Part shown: positions 1-12,732 of the stretch, piece by piece
Layout of the letters: each line of letters begins with the position of its first letter
Position numbering within the stretch: the stretch's first letter is position 1
NCBI RefSeq assembly: GCF_004010195.1
Contig: NC_057752.1
Coordinates: 13,020,352 to 13,069,326 of the forward strand
Source: Chiloscyllium plagiosum
Taxonomy: Eukaryota
Length of the DNA stretch: 48,975 nt
Direction: 5' to 3'
The notes under the pieces: model-generated
Seen by the model: only the letters and a program-made list of their open reading frames with translations
What the model was told of the DNA's origin: nothing
Databases searched by the model: none
Made by a program: the position numbers and the translations under genes

Positions 1-320
1 AGAAAACTCCCAACAGGGTGACCTCTCCTTTCCTGTTTCTAACCTCAGCCCAAACTACAGCAGTGAATGAGTCCTCAAACATTATCTCAGCTGCTGTATT
101 ACTACCGTTGATTAACAATACCACACCCCCGCCTCTTTTACCATCTTGTCTGTTCTTGCTGAAACATCGAAATCCTGGAATCTGCAACAACCATTCCTGT
201 CCCTCCTCTAGCCATGTCTTTGAAATGGCCACAACATTGAAATCCTAGGTACCAACCCATGTTGCAAGTTAACTCACTTTATTCTGGATGCTCCTAGCAT
301 TCAAGTACATACATTTCAAA
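1..320 (-). mobile_element. CR1-clade LINE ORF2 fragment, AP-endonuclease N-terminus (pseudogenised)
   Basis: The minus strand translates as KCMYLNARSIQNKVS*LATWVGT*DFNVVAISKTWLEEGQEW...KRGGGVVLLI. These match the APE motifs NARS, ETW-like and GGGV, with two in-frame stops. Confidence 0.85.
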
Positions 321-344
321 CCAACATCCTGATTGGCGGAATAA

Positions 345-1085
345 GGTAATTGTACTGGCCTCCACCATTTCCTTTGGCAGCCCATTCCACACACACACCG
401 CTGTGTGTGTGAAACAGTTACCCCATAGGTCTCTTTTAAAGCTTTCCTCTCTGACCTTAAACCTATGCTCTCTAGTTCTGGACTTTCTCCACCCCAGGGA
501 AGAGACTGGGGTGGGTTTCTGCCTCAGCCATTGGCCCATCTGATCAAAATCCTGTTGTAATCCAAGGTAACCTTCGCTGTCCACTACACCTCAAAATCAA
601 TTGAGTCCCATCTGCCAGCATTTGGCCCTATCCCTCTAAACCTTCCCTATTAGTGTACCCATTTCAGTTGCCTTTTCATGTTGTAATTGTACCAGTCTCT
701 ACCACTTCCTCTGGCAGTTCATTCCAAACAGTGTATGAGAGAAAAAGTTGCCCCTTAAGTCCCTTTTAAATCTTTCCGCTCTCACCTTAAACATATGCCC
801 TGCTATCCCAGGAAAAAAGACCTTGGCTATTCACCCTTTCAAGTTTCGCAACATCCTTCCTATCAGAGGGAGACTAGAATTGAATGCAGTATTCCACAAG
901 TGGCCTAACCAACGTCTTGTACAGCCACAACATGACCTCCCAGCTCTATACTCATTGCACTGACCAATAAAGGCAAGCATACCCAAACACCACCTTCACT
1001 ATTCTGGCTACTTGTGACTCTACTTTCAAGGAACTATGATGTGCACTCCAAGGTTTTTTTTTTCAGTATCACTCTCCAGGATCTT
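345..1085 (-). mobile_element. Rearranged CR1/HER1-like LINE 3' fragments
   Basis: Peptide KTREHRFKVREESFK..VWNGLPKEMVEA, plus sequence matching the CR1 copies at 13485-14150 and 31955-32828. Confidence 0.8.
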
Positions 1086-1671
1086 TAAGTATAATACATC
1101 ACAATTTTTAAATCCCCTTCTCTATTCGCCTGAAAACTTGAAATCCGGTAATAATGAGCTGTCTTCTTGCCTCCCCTTTGGTGTAGCTATGCTATCAAGT
1201 TATGCGTTGACCTATGCCCTCAGTTTTTGTATACTCCTTGCATCGCAAATGTGCATTTTGATACTGCCAAATTCCTGCACTTTATAGCCTTTCACTCCCG
1301 AAAAGCAGAAGCAGCAGAGATATTCGCTGAATTTCTGCATCCTATTCCATGCTCTGAACTTGCCCTTAGGTTCCCACCTCCCTGCCAATCTTGCTTAAAT
1401 CCTCAACCGTTCTAACGAATCTCTCTGCAAAGATATTTATCTTGGCCCTGTCATATATAGACCATCTGGTCATATAGGTTCCAGTTTCCCTAGAACCAGT
1501 CCCAGTGCCCCAGAAATTACCACCCTTCTAAAGTAGGTTTCTAGCAATCACTCCATTCTCCTCTTTTGATACTCACTGGCATGGAAAGACACAATCTCAA
1601 AATTTCTTTCACTCTCCTATCAAACCCACTGAAATCTACTTTCTGACCTTGTCCCCACAATCTTCTTTTAA

Positions 1672-2007
1672 AGTCATTCAAGGAATGTGGGCATTACTGA
1701 CTAGACCAGCATTTGTTGCACATTCTTAATTGCCCAGAGTGTACTTAAGAGTTGACCACATTTCTGCAGGTCTGGAGTCACATGTAGGGCAAAGCTGAAA
1801 AAATGATGCAATTTTCCTTTTCTTTAGTGAGCTACATGGATTTTTCCAAAAATCGATAATGGTTTAATGATCATTACTGGGCTCTTATTTCCAGATTATT
1901 ATTGAATTCAAATCCTATCAGCTGCCATGGCAGGATTTGAACCCGAGTCACAAGAACATTGCTTGGATCTCTGGTTTAACAGTATAGCGATAATACCAGT
2001 AGGCCAT
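1672..2007 (-). mobile_element. tRNA-derived SINE (family D) sharing its 3' tail with LINE family B
   Basis: B-box GGGTTCAAATCC on the minus strand (~1933-1944) and the body motif ACATGTGACTCCAGAC. Homologous copies lie at 17722-18492, 23805-24100 and 48535-48730. Confidence 0.75.
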
Positions 2008-2385
2008 TAAGAAAGAGTTGGATAGAGCTCTCAAGGATAGTGGAATCAAGGGTTATGGAGGTAAGGCAGGAACAGGATACTGATTAAGGATGATCAGCCA
2101 TGATCATATTGAATGGTGGTGCAGGCTCGAAGGGCAGAATGGCCTACTCCTGCACCTATTGTCTATTGTCTATTGAGCCAGGGTGAAGAAGTTTCTCCTC
2201 ATCTTTGTCCTAAATGGTTTACCCCGTATTTTTAAGCTGTGTCCTCTGGTTCGGCACTCACCCATCAGCGGAAACATGTTTCCTGACCCCAGAGTGTCCA
2301 ATCCTTTAATAATCTTATATGTCTCAATCAGATCCCCTCTCAGTCTTCTCAACTCAAGGGTATACAAGCCCAGTCGCTCCAGTCT
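2008..2385. mobile_element. Young CR1 3' end (+, 2008-2174) abutting an inverted upstream RT segment (-, ~2178-2385)
   Basis: The + piece ends in the CR1 hairpin and (GTCTATT)n tail. The - piece encodes RLERLGLYTLELRRLRGDLIETYKIIKG...RNFFT. Confidence 0.85.
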
Positions 2386-2720
2386 GCAGACACACTGCAG
2401 AAATGCTCCAAAGATACTTAGACAGCACCTTCCAAACCCATGACCTCTTCCATCAAGAAAGACAAGGGCAGCGGATGTATTGGAACACCACGCCCTATAA
2501 GTTCTCCTCCAAGCCACTCCCCATCCTGAATATATTGCAGTTCCTTCAGTGTCACTGTGTAAGCATTTTAGAATTTTCTTCCTAATGGCACTGTAGGTGT
2601 GCCTACACCAAATGGACTGCAGCGGTTCAAGAAGGCAGATCATCACTACCTTCTCAAGAGCAATGAGGAATGGACCATAGATGCTGACTTGGCTACGTCC
2701 CGTGAATGAATAAGAAAACA
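2385..2720 (+). mobile_element. LINE family B (second CR1-like family) 3' end
   Basis: Peptide HCRNAPKILRQHLPNP. It is the reverse complement of the copies at 22468-23100 and 27305-28180, with tail GTCCCGTGAATGAATAAGAAAA. Confidence 0.75.
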
Positions 2721-3605
2721 ATGCCCTGCTTCATCCTCATTGTTTACCCTTGCTTCAAATTTGGAATCATCAGCAAATCTGAAAGTAATAGTCTGTGTTC
2801 CAATATCTGAATTGTAGATGTATATACACAGAAAACAATAATCATAGGCTCGAGCACAGATTATGCTTTTAACTTTTAATTCTTTTAACTTAATTATTAA
2901 AATGAGGCTGCATAAATGAAAGTACATTGTGATGCAGTCATGTTTTAGACGTGATTTTAGTTACTTTATTCCACAGCTACATCTTTAAGCAGATGATAGT
3001 TTTGTTTATCTCAGTGGATAGAATACTGGAAACAAGCATTGAATGAAAAGGTTATCCGGATGGCATGCAGCTCTTGGCCAGGTCTTTTAGTTTGGCCTGG
3101 ATTTGAACCTGGCTTCCAAAGGGGAAAGTACATAACAGCATGAGTCAAATAGCATAATATCAGTTCCATGTGAGTCATAGTGGTCCTGAATCACTGTTTG
3201 CAGTTGAGTCAATGGTGGATGTGATTGTGCAGCATTTGTAATTTGCAGCCTCTTTTTGTTTGTGTGTTCGCCCCATCTCCCTTCAAAGTAGCAACGGACT
3301 CTAACACCATCAGCTGCATCGACATATCCATGTCTCATCTTCACAAAGTCCTCTCTGAATTCAAAAAAAGTAATTGGTACTGAACTTCAAAAATAACGAT
3401 GACCAGATCTTTCCATCACTGATATCGTCTCCTTGGCGTAAACCACTGATTGCTGTCAGGAATCACTGCAGATTTAAGATGAGGCAAGTGTTTAATCACA
3501 GACCGGTTAATCTGAAAGAAGAAATGAGAAAGCACAACAGTGTATTATCTGGCCCAGCAAGCTCTCTCTTTTGCATCATGCAACACTCTTCATCCCCCAA
3601 GCATG

Positions 3606-3929
3606 GATTAGATTAGATTATATTCCCTACAGTGTGGAAACAGGCCCTTCGGCCCAACAAGTCCACACCGATCCTCCAAAGAGTAACCCACCCCCCCTAA
3701 ATTTACCCCTGACTAATCCACCTAACACTACGGGCAATTTAGCATGGCCAGTTCACCTGACCTGCACATCTTTGGACTGTGGGAGGAAACCGGAGCACCC
3801 AGAGGAAACCCACACAGACATGGAGAAAATGTGCAAACTCCACATAGACAGTTGCCCGAGGCGGGAATTGAACCCGGGTCCCTGGCGCTGTGAGGCAGCA
3901 GTGCTAACCACTGAGCCACCGTGCCGCCC
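3606..3929 (-). mobile_element. HE1-type shark SINE (V-SINE), full length
   Basis: tRNA-like head with A and B boxes, V-domain (GTGGGTTTCCTC...TTTCCTCCCACAGTCCAAAGA), CR1-derived 3' end and (TAATC)n tail. Confidence 0.92.
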
Positions 3930-5063
3930 TGAGTAATCTAATCAACAGCAGTGACTCGCATTTGTATAGCGCCTTTGAATCGTGAAACATCTTGAGGCAT
4001 TTCAAAGCAGCGAATGTCAGACAAAGATTGACATTGAGCCACTTCCAGAGACATTAGCGACAGGTCAAATAAGACATTTTGAGGAGCGCCTCACAGCAGG
4101 ACAGGGTGACACTGTTGTGTAGAAAGCAAGTCCAATCCTGCAAGAGAAATTGCCGCAAGATTTGTTTTCACCCTGGCAAATTTGCAGCTTTCCCTCTCTC
4201 TGCTCTGGGCTTTCCCTTTGTCTTCAGTCCTGTCCTGTCCTATCCTGTTTGAGCTTGAAGAATTTTGGCACGAAGATATTGTTTTGATGAGCAACCTGAA
4301 GTAGGTCACCATTCTGTTCCACTTAAAAAGTACTTCATTCAGTTCCTATTTAACACTGCGGCCTCATCACTTACTGTCAGCCTTTCCTCCTGATATTTGG
4401 ACAAGGACTTGAAGGCATGTTCACATCAGTGCTTCCTGTGTGTGTGGATGAGTGATGAAGTTTTGTGCACACTTTATTTTTTGACTTCTAAAGGTTACAC
4501 CATATGAGTTTCTTTTGAATGTCAATGATCTCAGGTTTTGGCTGCTTGTTACCCATTTCTTGACATTAATGGTCTTCAAAACCTACAATACAGTGGATAG
4601 GACACCCACGGCCATTATGGGGAAGAAATATACCACTTTTGGGAAAGGCCAGAAGAAACCCAGGTACAACTTACCAACGCCACCCCCACACCACCAAATC
4701 TGAAATGGGCCAGAACAATTTTTTAAGGCCTTCATTGCAAGGCCAGTTTGCCCTGAGACAAAACAGGTCTACACGCAGCCTAGCAGGCTGTGCTTAAAGG
4801 CACTGCTGTAGGCTACAAGCAACAAGGCAAGTGTTCCAAATGCACCTATCTGAATGCAGAGTCAGAGGAACAGGATTGTTCCTCTTCATTCTTTCCTAAA
4901 GAAATGTGGGTCAGTAAGAGCCACCTCCCTGATCGCCATTGCTCCATCCTAGATCCCCCACTTCCCCGGTATGACCAAATCTCCAAGTCAAATGCGAGCA
5001 AGAACGAATTGGCAAGTGATTAGCCTCTGCTGTTTAGCTACTGGCATCCGTATTCTGGGATGC

Positions 5064-5432
5064 ATCATAGAATCCCTACAGTATGGAAGCAGGCCATTCA
5101 GCCCATTGAGTCCACATCAACCCTCCGAAGAGCATACCACCCAGACCCACCCTATCCCTGTGGCCCTGCATTTCCCATGGCTAATCCACCTAGCCTGCAC
5201 ATCCCTGAACACGAAGGGCAACTTACCACGGACAATCCACCCTAACCTACACATGTTTTGACTGTGGGAGGAAACTGGAGCAGTGGGAGGAAACTGGAGC
5301 ACCCGCAGGAAACCCACGCAGACACAGGGAGAATGTGCAGAATTCCCACAGACAGTTGCCTGAGGATGGGATCGAACCCGGGTCCCTGGCGCTGTAAGGC
5401 AGCAGTGCAAACCACTGAACCACTGTGCAGCC
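5064..5432 (-). mobile_element. HE1-type SINE with a 19-bp internal tandem duplication
   Basis: Same head and V-domain as 3606-3929. GTGGGAGGAAACTGGAGCA is repeated at 5264-5282 and 5283-5301. Confidence 0.9.
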
Positions 5433-5789
5433 TGTACCTAATCACTTACAAATCCTTCATGTCGTTCAGTGTCTTTCATGAAAGCCGCAGGTGGATGAAA
5501 ACACGGAGCAGTATCTGGCTCAATGCTAAAAATGCTGGGCCCCAATCCTTTACCATGGCCAAGTTTTATTTAATGTCCTCCTTCAACAAAAGAGTCCATT
5601 CAAATGGAAGGGATGATAGTGTAGTAGTAATGTCACTGAGCGCATATTTTTAAGGCCCAGGCTAATGTGCAGGGAACACAGATTGAAATCGCGCTGCAGA
5701 ATTGAAATTCCGTGAACCAACCTGCACTGTGAAGGTACTTCCATTAATGGTAACAACGACAACCATCAGTGTTTCTTGACTGTGGGATG

Positions 5790-6310
5790 GTGTCAATAGT
5801 TTGGTTGAGTGAAGGGCAAATGAAGTTTAATCTGCAAAAAATCTGAGGTAACGCATTTGAGGAAGGTAAGTAAAGCAAGATAATAAGCATGAAGGTATCG
5901 GGGGGAGTGCTTTTCCAAGAATATTGCTAAGGCTTGAAAATTGCAGGTGTGAGAGGCAAGGGTAATTTTCCCCAGAACAGGCTGGGGTGGGGGAGGTGGG
6001 GCGGGGGTGGGGGGTGATTGAATGGAGGTGTATAACATAATGAGGGGCTTGGACAGAGTGGGCAAGGTAGGTCTGTTTCCCCTCACAGAGAGGTCACCTA
6101 TCAGGGGCTACAGATTGAAGGTGATTCGTGGAAGGATTACAGGGACACTAGGAAAATCCTTTACCCCAGGGGTTGGTAGCTGTCTGGGTCACTGCCCAGT
6201 TTAGTGCTGGAGACAGAAACCCATTTCAAAGAAACATGCCCCTGAAGCAGTGGAACCTGCAGGGCTACCGAGCAAGGGATGGAAAGTGGGGTTAGAGTAG
6301 GAGGCTAGTA
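5790..6310 (+). mobile_element. Old CR1 3' ORF2 fragment
   Basis: Peptide EVYNIMRGLDRV..LFPL..RGYRLKV is homologous to the CR1 C-terminal region. Confidence 0.7.
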
Positions 6311-8059
6311 TATTAGACAATAAGACATTGAACAGAAGTAGGCCATTCAGCCCATCTAGTCTGCTCCATCATTCTGGGTGTTCATGATAATCCTCAATTC
6401 CATTTTCCTGCCAGTGGGAAGGAGCAGTCTGAAACAAGGTTCCATTTTCTCACAGGCATGTTTGCAGGATAGCCCTATGACAGTGATGGTAGCATAAAGG
6501 GTCCTTGCTCTCACAATGCCTTCATGTAGCACCATCTCCCCAGTAGCTAGACATTGGGTTGTTCCAGCAATCAGTAGGAGGACCACAGTTTTTCACTCCT
6601 TTCTCTCTTCTTCATCCTCTGTCAACCGTGGCAGAGGAGTTTAATACTGGGGGGGCATTAACTGGGCTGGACCAAAACTGGCCCCTCACAAAGTCTCATT
6701 TTCAATTTGACTTGGCATATATTCCCTCCAAAACTGCTCTGTGCTCCCTATCATGGCAATCTGCAGATTCCCGTTGGAAACTTGTGCAAATTCGGATTCT
6801 GGAGAATCCATGCTCCAGTGTTAATGAGAGGCCCAGCCAGCATGGCGATACCCCTGCCACGTGGGCGAGTCCCTTTCAGACAGGAAGTAGGAAAACCGAG
6901 GCTTGGCAATTACTCTTTGCCTGTCAGGTTGGGGCAGCAAATAAATGAGCAGACAAGGCAAACAGTTATAGAAAGTCAAATACAAGGCCTTCCTTTTTGA
7001 ACAAAGGTGAATCCAAGGTTTTTCATCAATTTTGGAAGGGGACGGTTTGTTGGAAGGATATCAGATTACTATAGTTACCAGGCACAAGAGCCATGGCAGT
7101 ATGGTGTGGGAGTGCAGTGGAAGTGTGATGGAATATTCTTGTGTGCTGCTCATCAAACCTGACCATTTAGTCTTGGTGACTTTGTGGTTTCTATCCTGCA
7201 AAATATGCCTTCCCCTAAAAAGAGCACCTAACAATGATGTAAGCCTGGGTCTTCAATCATTGTAAGCTACTTTGATGCTGATTATCACTGAGTGTTCATC
7301 AGCAAAGGCACTATTGAGAGGCCTCTTCAACTCTATAGTTGTGCCCTCAAACACTGAAGTCTTGAAATTCAATCACATCCTGAATGCAGTTCAACTACTT
7401 CTGCACAGGCAAAGACAACCAAAAGATGAGGAGGCACTTTGGTTGAATAATGGTCATCACTTTGTACGAACTCCAAAACCATAACACATGCTCAGAAACA
7501 AGATGTCCCAACACAGTCTGTGAAGAGCCAGTGTTTTATCCCCACCTTCAGATTGTGTCCGACTCACACATCACCCTGTTCTCACTGTTCTGCATTTGCT
7601 CCTGAATCCCTGACAGCTCCTTCCCTTTACAGGCCCTCCCCAAATCTCTCCTCTCATATCTCTGATATGGTTCAGCCATCATTTCCCCTCATACCTCTTT
7701 GAAGCATCCCAGGATATCTTTCTCCTTTAGAGACACCGTATAAATTCCACCTTTTGTTGTAAACTTCAAATTCAAATAGTTGTATACTTCAAATTCAAGT
7801 TTGTGTATACTTTAAATGAAGACTTTGGCATTTGTAAAACTTGCGATTCTGTCAATGATTAGGTGAAATAAAAATAGTTATGAAGGACTACAAAGCAAGT
7901 GAACAATTATCTTTGAAACCTGGCTGTCACAGATTCTGTGGAGTAGGATAAGCGTGAGGAAAACTAGAGGCAGCTCAAATGCTCGATAACTCTGGCCTCG
8001 TGCTCAAAAGCTGCACCCTCGTCTCGGAGCCTGGAGGTTGTCAGTGCAGACTTCCTGAT

Positions 8060-8290
8060 GAAGGGCAGAGGGAGTTCTTGCAGAGTCCTGGTTAATATCA
8101 ATCTCGTAGCCAGCAGCTCTGAAAAAAATCACTTTCTCTGATTATTATCATGGTGTTACTTGTGGAATAATGCTGTGCACAAATATCTCTTCCATTGCAA
8201 GTGAGTACTCTTCAAAAATACTTTGGTGGCTGGAAAGCGCTTGGGCACATTCTGAAGCCATGAAAGCTGCTTTGAATATGCAAGTCTGGT
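8060..8290 (+). mobile_element. Decayed DeuSINE (SacSINE1/AmnSINE1-like) 3' part
   Basis: The sequence GGGAGTTCT..GTCCTGG..AATAT...TGCTGTGCACAAAT...AAAGCGCTTGGG...ATGCAAGT is co-linear with the copy at 44000-44322. Family assignment is from recalled consensus. Confidence 0.6.
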
Positions 8291-8482
8291 TAACATTAGT
8301 TAGCAGCATATGAGTGACAGCTATCGTCAGCAGACAGGCTGCAACTTCCACGTAGCATCCTGGATGATAGATGCCAGAAATTAAAGATTGACTGGAAATG
8401 GTTGAGGCACGTACTTTTCTTGTCAGAGTTTTATTCCAATTCACACATCACCAAACTCTGACACAATGCTCACTTGATCTCC

Positions 8483-8555
8483 ATATATATTAAAATATAT
8501 ATATATATATTAAAAATTATACATATCAAATATGTGTATTATATATATATAAATT
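8483..8555. repeat. Interrupted (TA)n microsatellite
   Basis: TA runs are directly visible. Confidence 0.9.
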
Positions 8556-9459
8556 TACACCTTGTTCTCACCCAGTTATCTTTTAGCTGATGTATAACTA
8601 TCACTGCTCCCTAGCTCCATGTAGTCACAGGCAACCCTAGCAGACCTTATCAGATGTTAGCAGTAGAGACCTGACCCACGGCACCACAATCCGATCTCTC
8701 CCCACTCTGGCGATAATCTGAACTAGAGACTGGAGGTAATACACAACTTAGTAACAGGGTGCCCAATTCCATTGACAGTGTACACCACAAAAAAATCACC
8801 AGCCATTTGCACCTTAAAGCATACTTACTTCGTTATTCAAAATGTATCCATCATAACTGATTTAGTCGTTTTGTCATGGATAAATAATGTCTTCAGCAGT
8901 GGTCGCACTTATTACATTAATTGAAACGAGTGATGCAAATGCTGAGATATATGCTACAAAATTATTAATTGCTTCCAGTCAAGAAGCCGCAAGGTAGTTG
9001 TTAACAAAGGCTATTTGGCCCATCTGGAAAAGCACTAAAGCTCCCATCCCTCTCTGTGATGGCATCCAGTAGCTTCATCAAGGATGCCAGAGATTCCCCT
9101 TCCTTTCCATTATTCCATTTGCATTTTGAGTGAATTCTTCCTCCAATCAGTCCTAAACTTACTCTTTCTTCTTTGAATGTGTGGTTGCTTAACAGCCAGT
9201 GTGACTGGTTTTGCTCTTCTACTTTATTTAACATTCCACGTTTCTCTGGGAGGTGAAAACTATTTTGGGATTAAGTTTGGGGATTTGGCTACAAGTTGGA
9301 ATGGTTGACATCCGAATTCTCAAGATCTCTGATAAACTGAGGCCTGAATCTGGATTAAATAACTGATGATCCTCGGTTCATGGATATTGTTCCAAGCTTC
9401 TTTTTTTTTTCAGTTTGCCATTGAACTCAACAACTGTAAGCAGTTTAATGAAACCTGAA

Positions 9460-10005
9460 ATAGACAGATTAGCCATTCCTAAGGGAATCAAGGGAGTGAT
9501 CGAGATAGGGGAATTGAGGCTAAGAATCAGCCATGATTGCACTCAGTGACAGAGCAGTCGCTGAATGGTAATTTCTTGCTCTTATTTATTTGAAATAGTC
9601 TTTAATAAACCTTCTGACAGTGCAGAAACAGGCCATTCAGACCAACAAATTCATGACATTGTTTATGCTCCACAAGAACTTTCTTCCATCTCATCTCATC
9701 TCACCCAAACAGCATAACCTAAATCCTTTCTCCTTCATGTCATCACGTCATAGAGGTCTACAGCATGAAACCAGGCCCTTTGGCCCACCTTGCCAATGCC
9801 GCCACTTTTAATGTGTTTACTTGGCTTCTCCCTAAATGCTTCTGTGCTATTTATCTCCACAAATTCTTGCGGGTGAACACTCCACGCTGTCACCACTCTG
9901 AATAAAGATATTTCTGCTGAATTTCCTGTTTGATTTATCAGTGATTACCTTATGTTTATGGTCCCTTAGTTCTGGTCTTCCCTATGAGTGAAACATCTCT
10001 CTGTC
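9460..10005. mobile_element. Cluster of old CR1 3' tail fragments on both strands
   Basis: An ATCAGCCATGA tail motif on +, and ACAGGCCATTCAG / CAGGCCCTTTGGCCC tail motifs on -. Confidence 0.6.
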
Positions 10006-10057
10006 GAAGATTATTGTTCGGACATCCCCATTCTCTGCTCACAATCAGTAAGCTTTT

Positions 10058-10089
10058 GAGAGAGAGAGAGAGTGTGAGTGTGTGTGTGT
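10058..10089. repeat. (GA)n(GT)n compound microsatellite
   Basis: Directly visible. Confidence 0.9.
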
Positions 10090-12360
10090 CCTTTGACATC
10101 CGAGCATGTGGACAATTTGAAAAATCAGCAGCAAGAATTTCATTGGTTTAAACAAAGGAAGATGATTGTTAACTGTATGTGCAATATGAAATCTAATGCT
10201 GTGGTGCTCATCCATACAGTCACATGCACAGATAAGTTAAAAGAAAGCACTTTTGAAGAGAATAGTGTACTTTTATGGATTATAAGCAAAAAGAGTATTT
10301 GATAATCTGTGTAATTGTCTTGTTCTAGAAAAAAAAAGTTATGATCCAGTTAGGAGGAATGAACCAGTATCTTTTTTTTGTCTCTCTCGGCAATGTTTGA
10401 AATTAAAAAGACAGATTGTATTGGCAATTATATTGATGTACATATATCAGCCCATATATTATTTAGCATCAGAAACAAATTAGTCGGGGTCCTAAGTAAC
10501 CCATAAAAAAAGTTTATTGTGAACAAAACTTAGATTTTTAACAAACAGTTTAAATTGTTGAAATATATACAACTATCCTTCTTGAAAATATCCCAGCCAT
10601 TCTGTTGCCACTAGGATTGGTTCCTGGCTTAGTTATGGCTGGCTAAATGACTTTTTCTGGAGTCAGTGGTGGTAACTTCCTAATCTCCCTATGAACAACT
10701 TCTCAATTGCAGTAATGAGGTCTTCCTGTGGGTTTTTAACTCCAAAATAAATAATGAGAGGGGCTTCAGTGAAAAAGAGAAAGAGGACAATGGCTATTGC
10801 TCCAGAGCAAAGTCATCTCAGTCTCTCTAGGTTCAAATTCAATATATTTTTGCTTCTCTCTGAAAGTGTTGCAGACTTAAAGTCTGCAGTCAAGTCGCTT
10901 GTGAGATGCAAAATGGAACACTGTTGCTGCTATCGCCAGCATCCTTTACTTTTCTAGTGTTCTTTCCAAAAACATTCATGATATATGTATGCCCAGAAAT
11001 TAATATTTTGGGTGACATCTCTTCATTACACATTGCAGAGCTGATGAAGAAGTTTAAAGTTAATTCAGCAGCCAAATTAATTTGTCAAAGTGGTTTTAGC
11101 ATCCTTTCAGTGCAATGCACTTAATGATTTGAAGTAAGTTAGTGACTTGTAGTCTTGTTAGCAGGGTGTCATGCTGCAGTTGTCATGGACAGAGTTTCTG
11201 TTTTTTTTCTTGTCTGTGAGCAAAATATTTCATCTGTGAAGTCAGTGCGTTTGCTTATCCTGAGTATTTTGTCCCAATTTAAATAACTTCTAGCAGCCAG
11301 CTTTTTGGGAATTTATGAACAAAGATTATTGATTATCACTGTGATAAATGTTGTAGAATTGAAATATGTTCATATCATTTCTGGAATGTGGATTTCAAAA
11401 TAGAGGCAAGTGGGTGTTGGTTACTTATGTGAGGGTTTTCTTTGAGAAAAAAAGGTCAGACAATTCTTCTGGAACAGTGACTAAATTTAGCATTTTTGTC
11501 AGAAAGCAGTTGTCTGCAAACCTGTGGTGTTAATGGAAGGAGGTTTGTACTGTTGGATTTATTACAGGCAGAGTAAACACGTAAGGCAATTAGCTTTGTT
11601 TTCAGTTCAAAAGAATATAGTATCAGCATTTTTTAAAAAACATTAGTTCAGAAGGCACCAGTTTTAAATTTGGAAGCAAGTTTAACTTCACTTCTAGAAG
11701 CAGTTCAGTCACAAATTAACCTCACAAAAAGCTTTAGTTTGTGAAACCTCCACAATTGGAACACATGGTTAGCTATTAGCAAGTTATACGAATTGAGAAA
11801 GTTTAAGCCTTCAGATTTGTAGAAGTTCAACTCGGCAAATTTGGAAAGGACTCATTCAATTGTCTTCACATTCCACAATAAGGAAACTGTCAGGAGTCGG
11901 TTCAATAGAGCCGTAAAGAGTTGAGATAGGATTTTTCCCTCTCTGGGCTTGAGTCTGTGTAACATATAGTGTCAGGAAACAGACTGAAGCCTTACATTAC
12001 CAAGTGCTGTAAGACCATTCTAGCTGTTGTACATATTTAGATAGCTTGTTTTCTTTTTAAATTTTTCCTTTTATATAATTGTTATAATCTCAGCTGATGT
12101 TATTATTGGATAAGTAAGATCCTAGACTAAAAACTGGCTCAATATATCATAGTGTGATTTTAGTTTGGATTGAACAAAGTGGTCTCTCACTCAAATATAA
12201 GCATGAAATGCTGCAGATATAGTTTGACCAAAAAAAATTTAAAACATAAAAAATGTTTCTGAACAAAATAAACAAAGATAAAATAAGCAAAGCTATCTCC
12301 TTGTAACACGTTAAAATCACACAACACCAGGTTATAGTCCAACAGGTTTAATTGGAAGCA

Positions 12361-12395
12361 CACTAGCTTTCGAAGCGACGCTCCTTCATCAGGTG
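12361..12395 (-). ncRNA. Minimal type I hammerhead ribozyme motif (family A)
   Basis: The minus strand reads CAC-CTGATGA-A-GGAGC-GTC-GCTTC-GAAA-GCTA-GTG. This gives the catalytic core, stem II, palindromic AGCT stem III, a CUA site and stem I CAC/GTG. Confidence 0.8.
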
Positions 12396-12687
12396 ACTGT
12401 GGAGGGCTTGATCGTAACACAGAATTTATAGCAAAAATTTGCAGTGTGATATAACTGAAATTATACATTGAAAAATTGATTGTCTGTTAAGCCTTTCATC
12501 TGTTAGAATACAGTGATAGTTTCACTTCTTTCATGTGTAAATCACAAAACCCTTTTTTTAAAGTTGCATTCTCGGGTTAGCTGTTAACAACGGTGATAGC
12601 TAGACAATATGTTGAAGTTGTTAGCCCCCTGTGTTCTCTGTCTATGACCTGATGTTTAGATTGATTCTAATCTAAAAAGTGAAATAA

Positions 12688-12732
12688 NNNNNNNNNNNNN
12701 NNNNNNNNNNNNNNNNNNNNNNNNNNNNNNNN
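12688..12732. other. Assembly gap (45 N)
   Basis: Run of N next to a GT/CA-rich tract. Confidence 1.

Noticed and set aside
8055..8067. CCTGATGAAGGGC resembling a family B hammerhead start
   Set aside because: There is no closing stem II or GAAA, and it lies in a decayed DeuSINE-like region.
10754..10957. ORF starting MRG and containing CCC, reminiscent of the ARHGEF25 first exon (MRGG...KCGCCF)
   Set aside because: There is no credible phase-1 splice donor before the stop, and the similarity is limited to a few residues.
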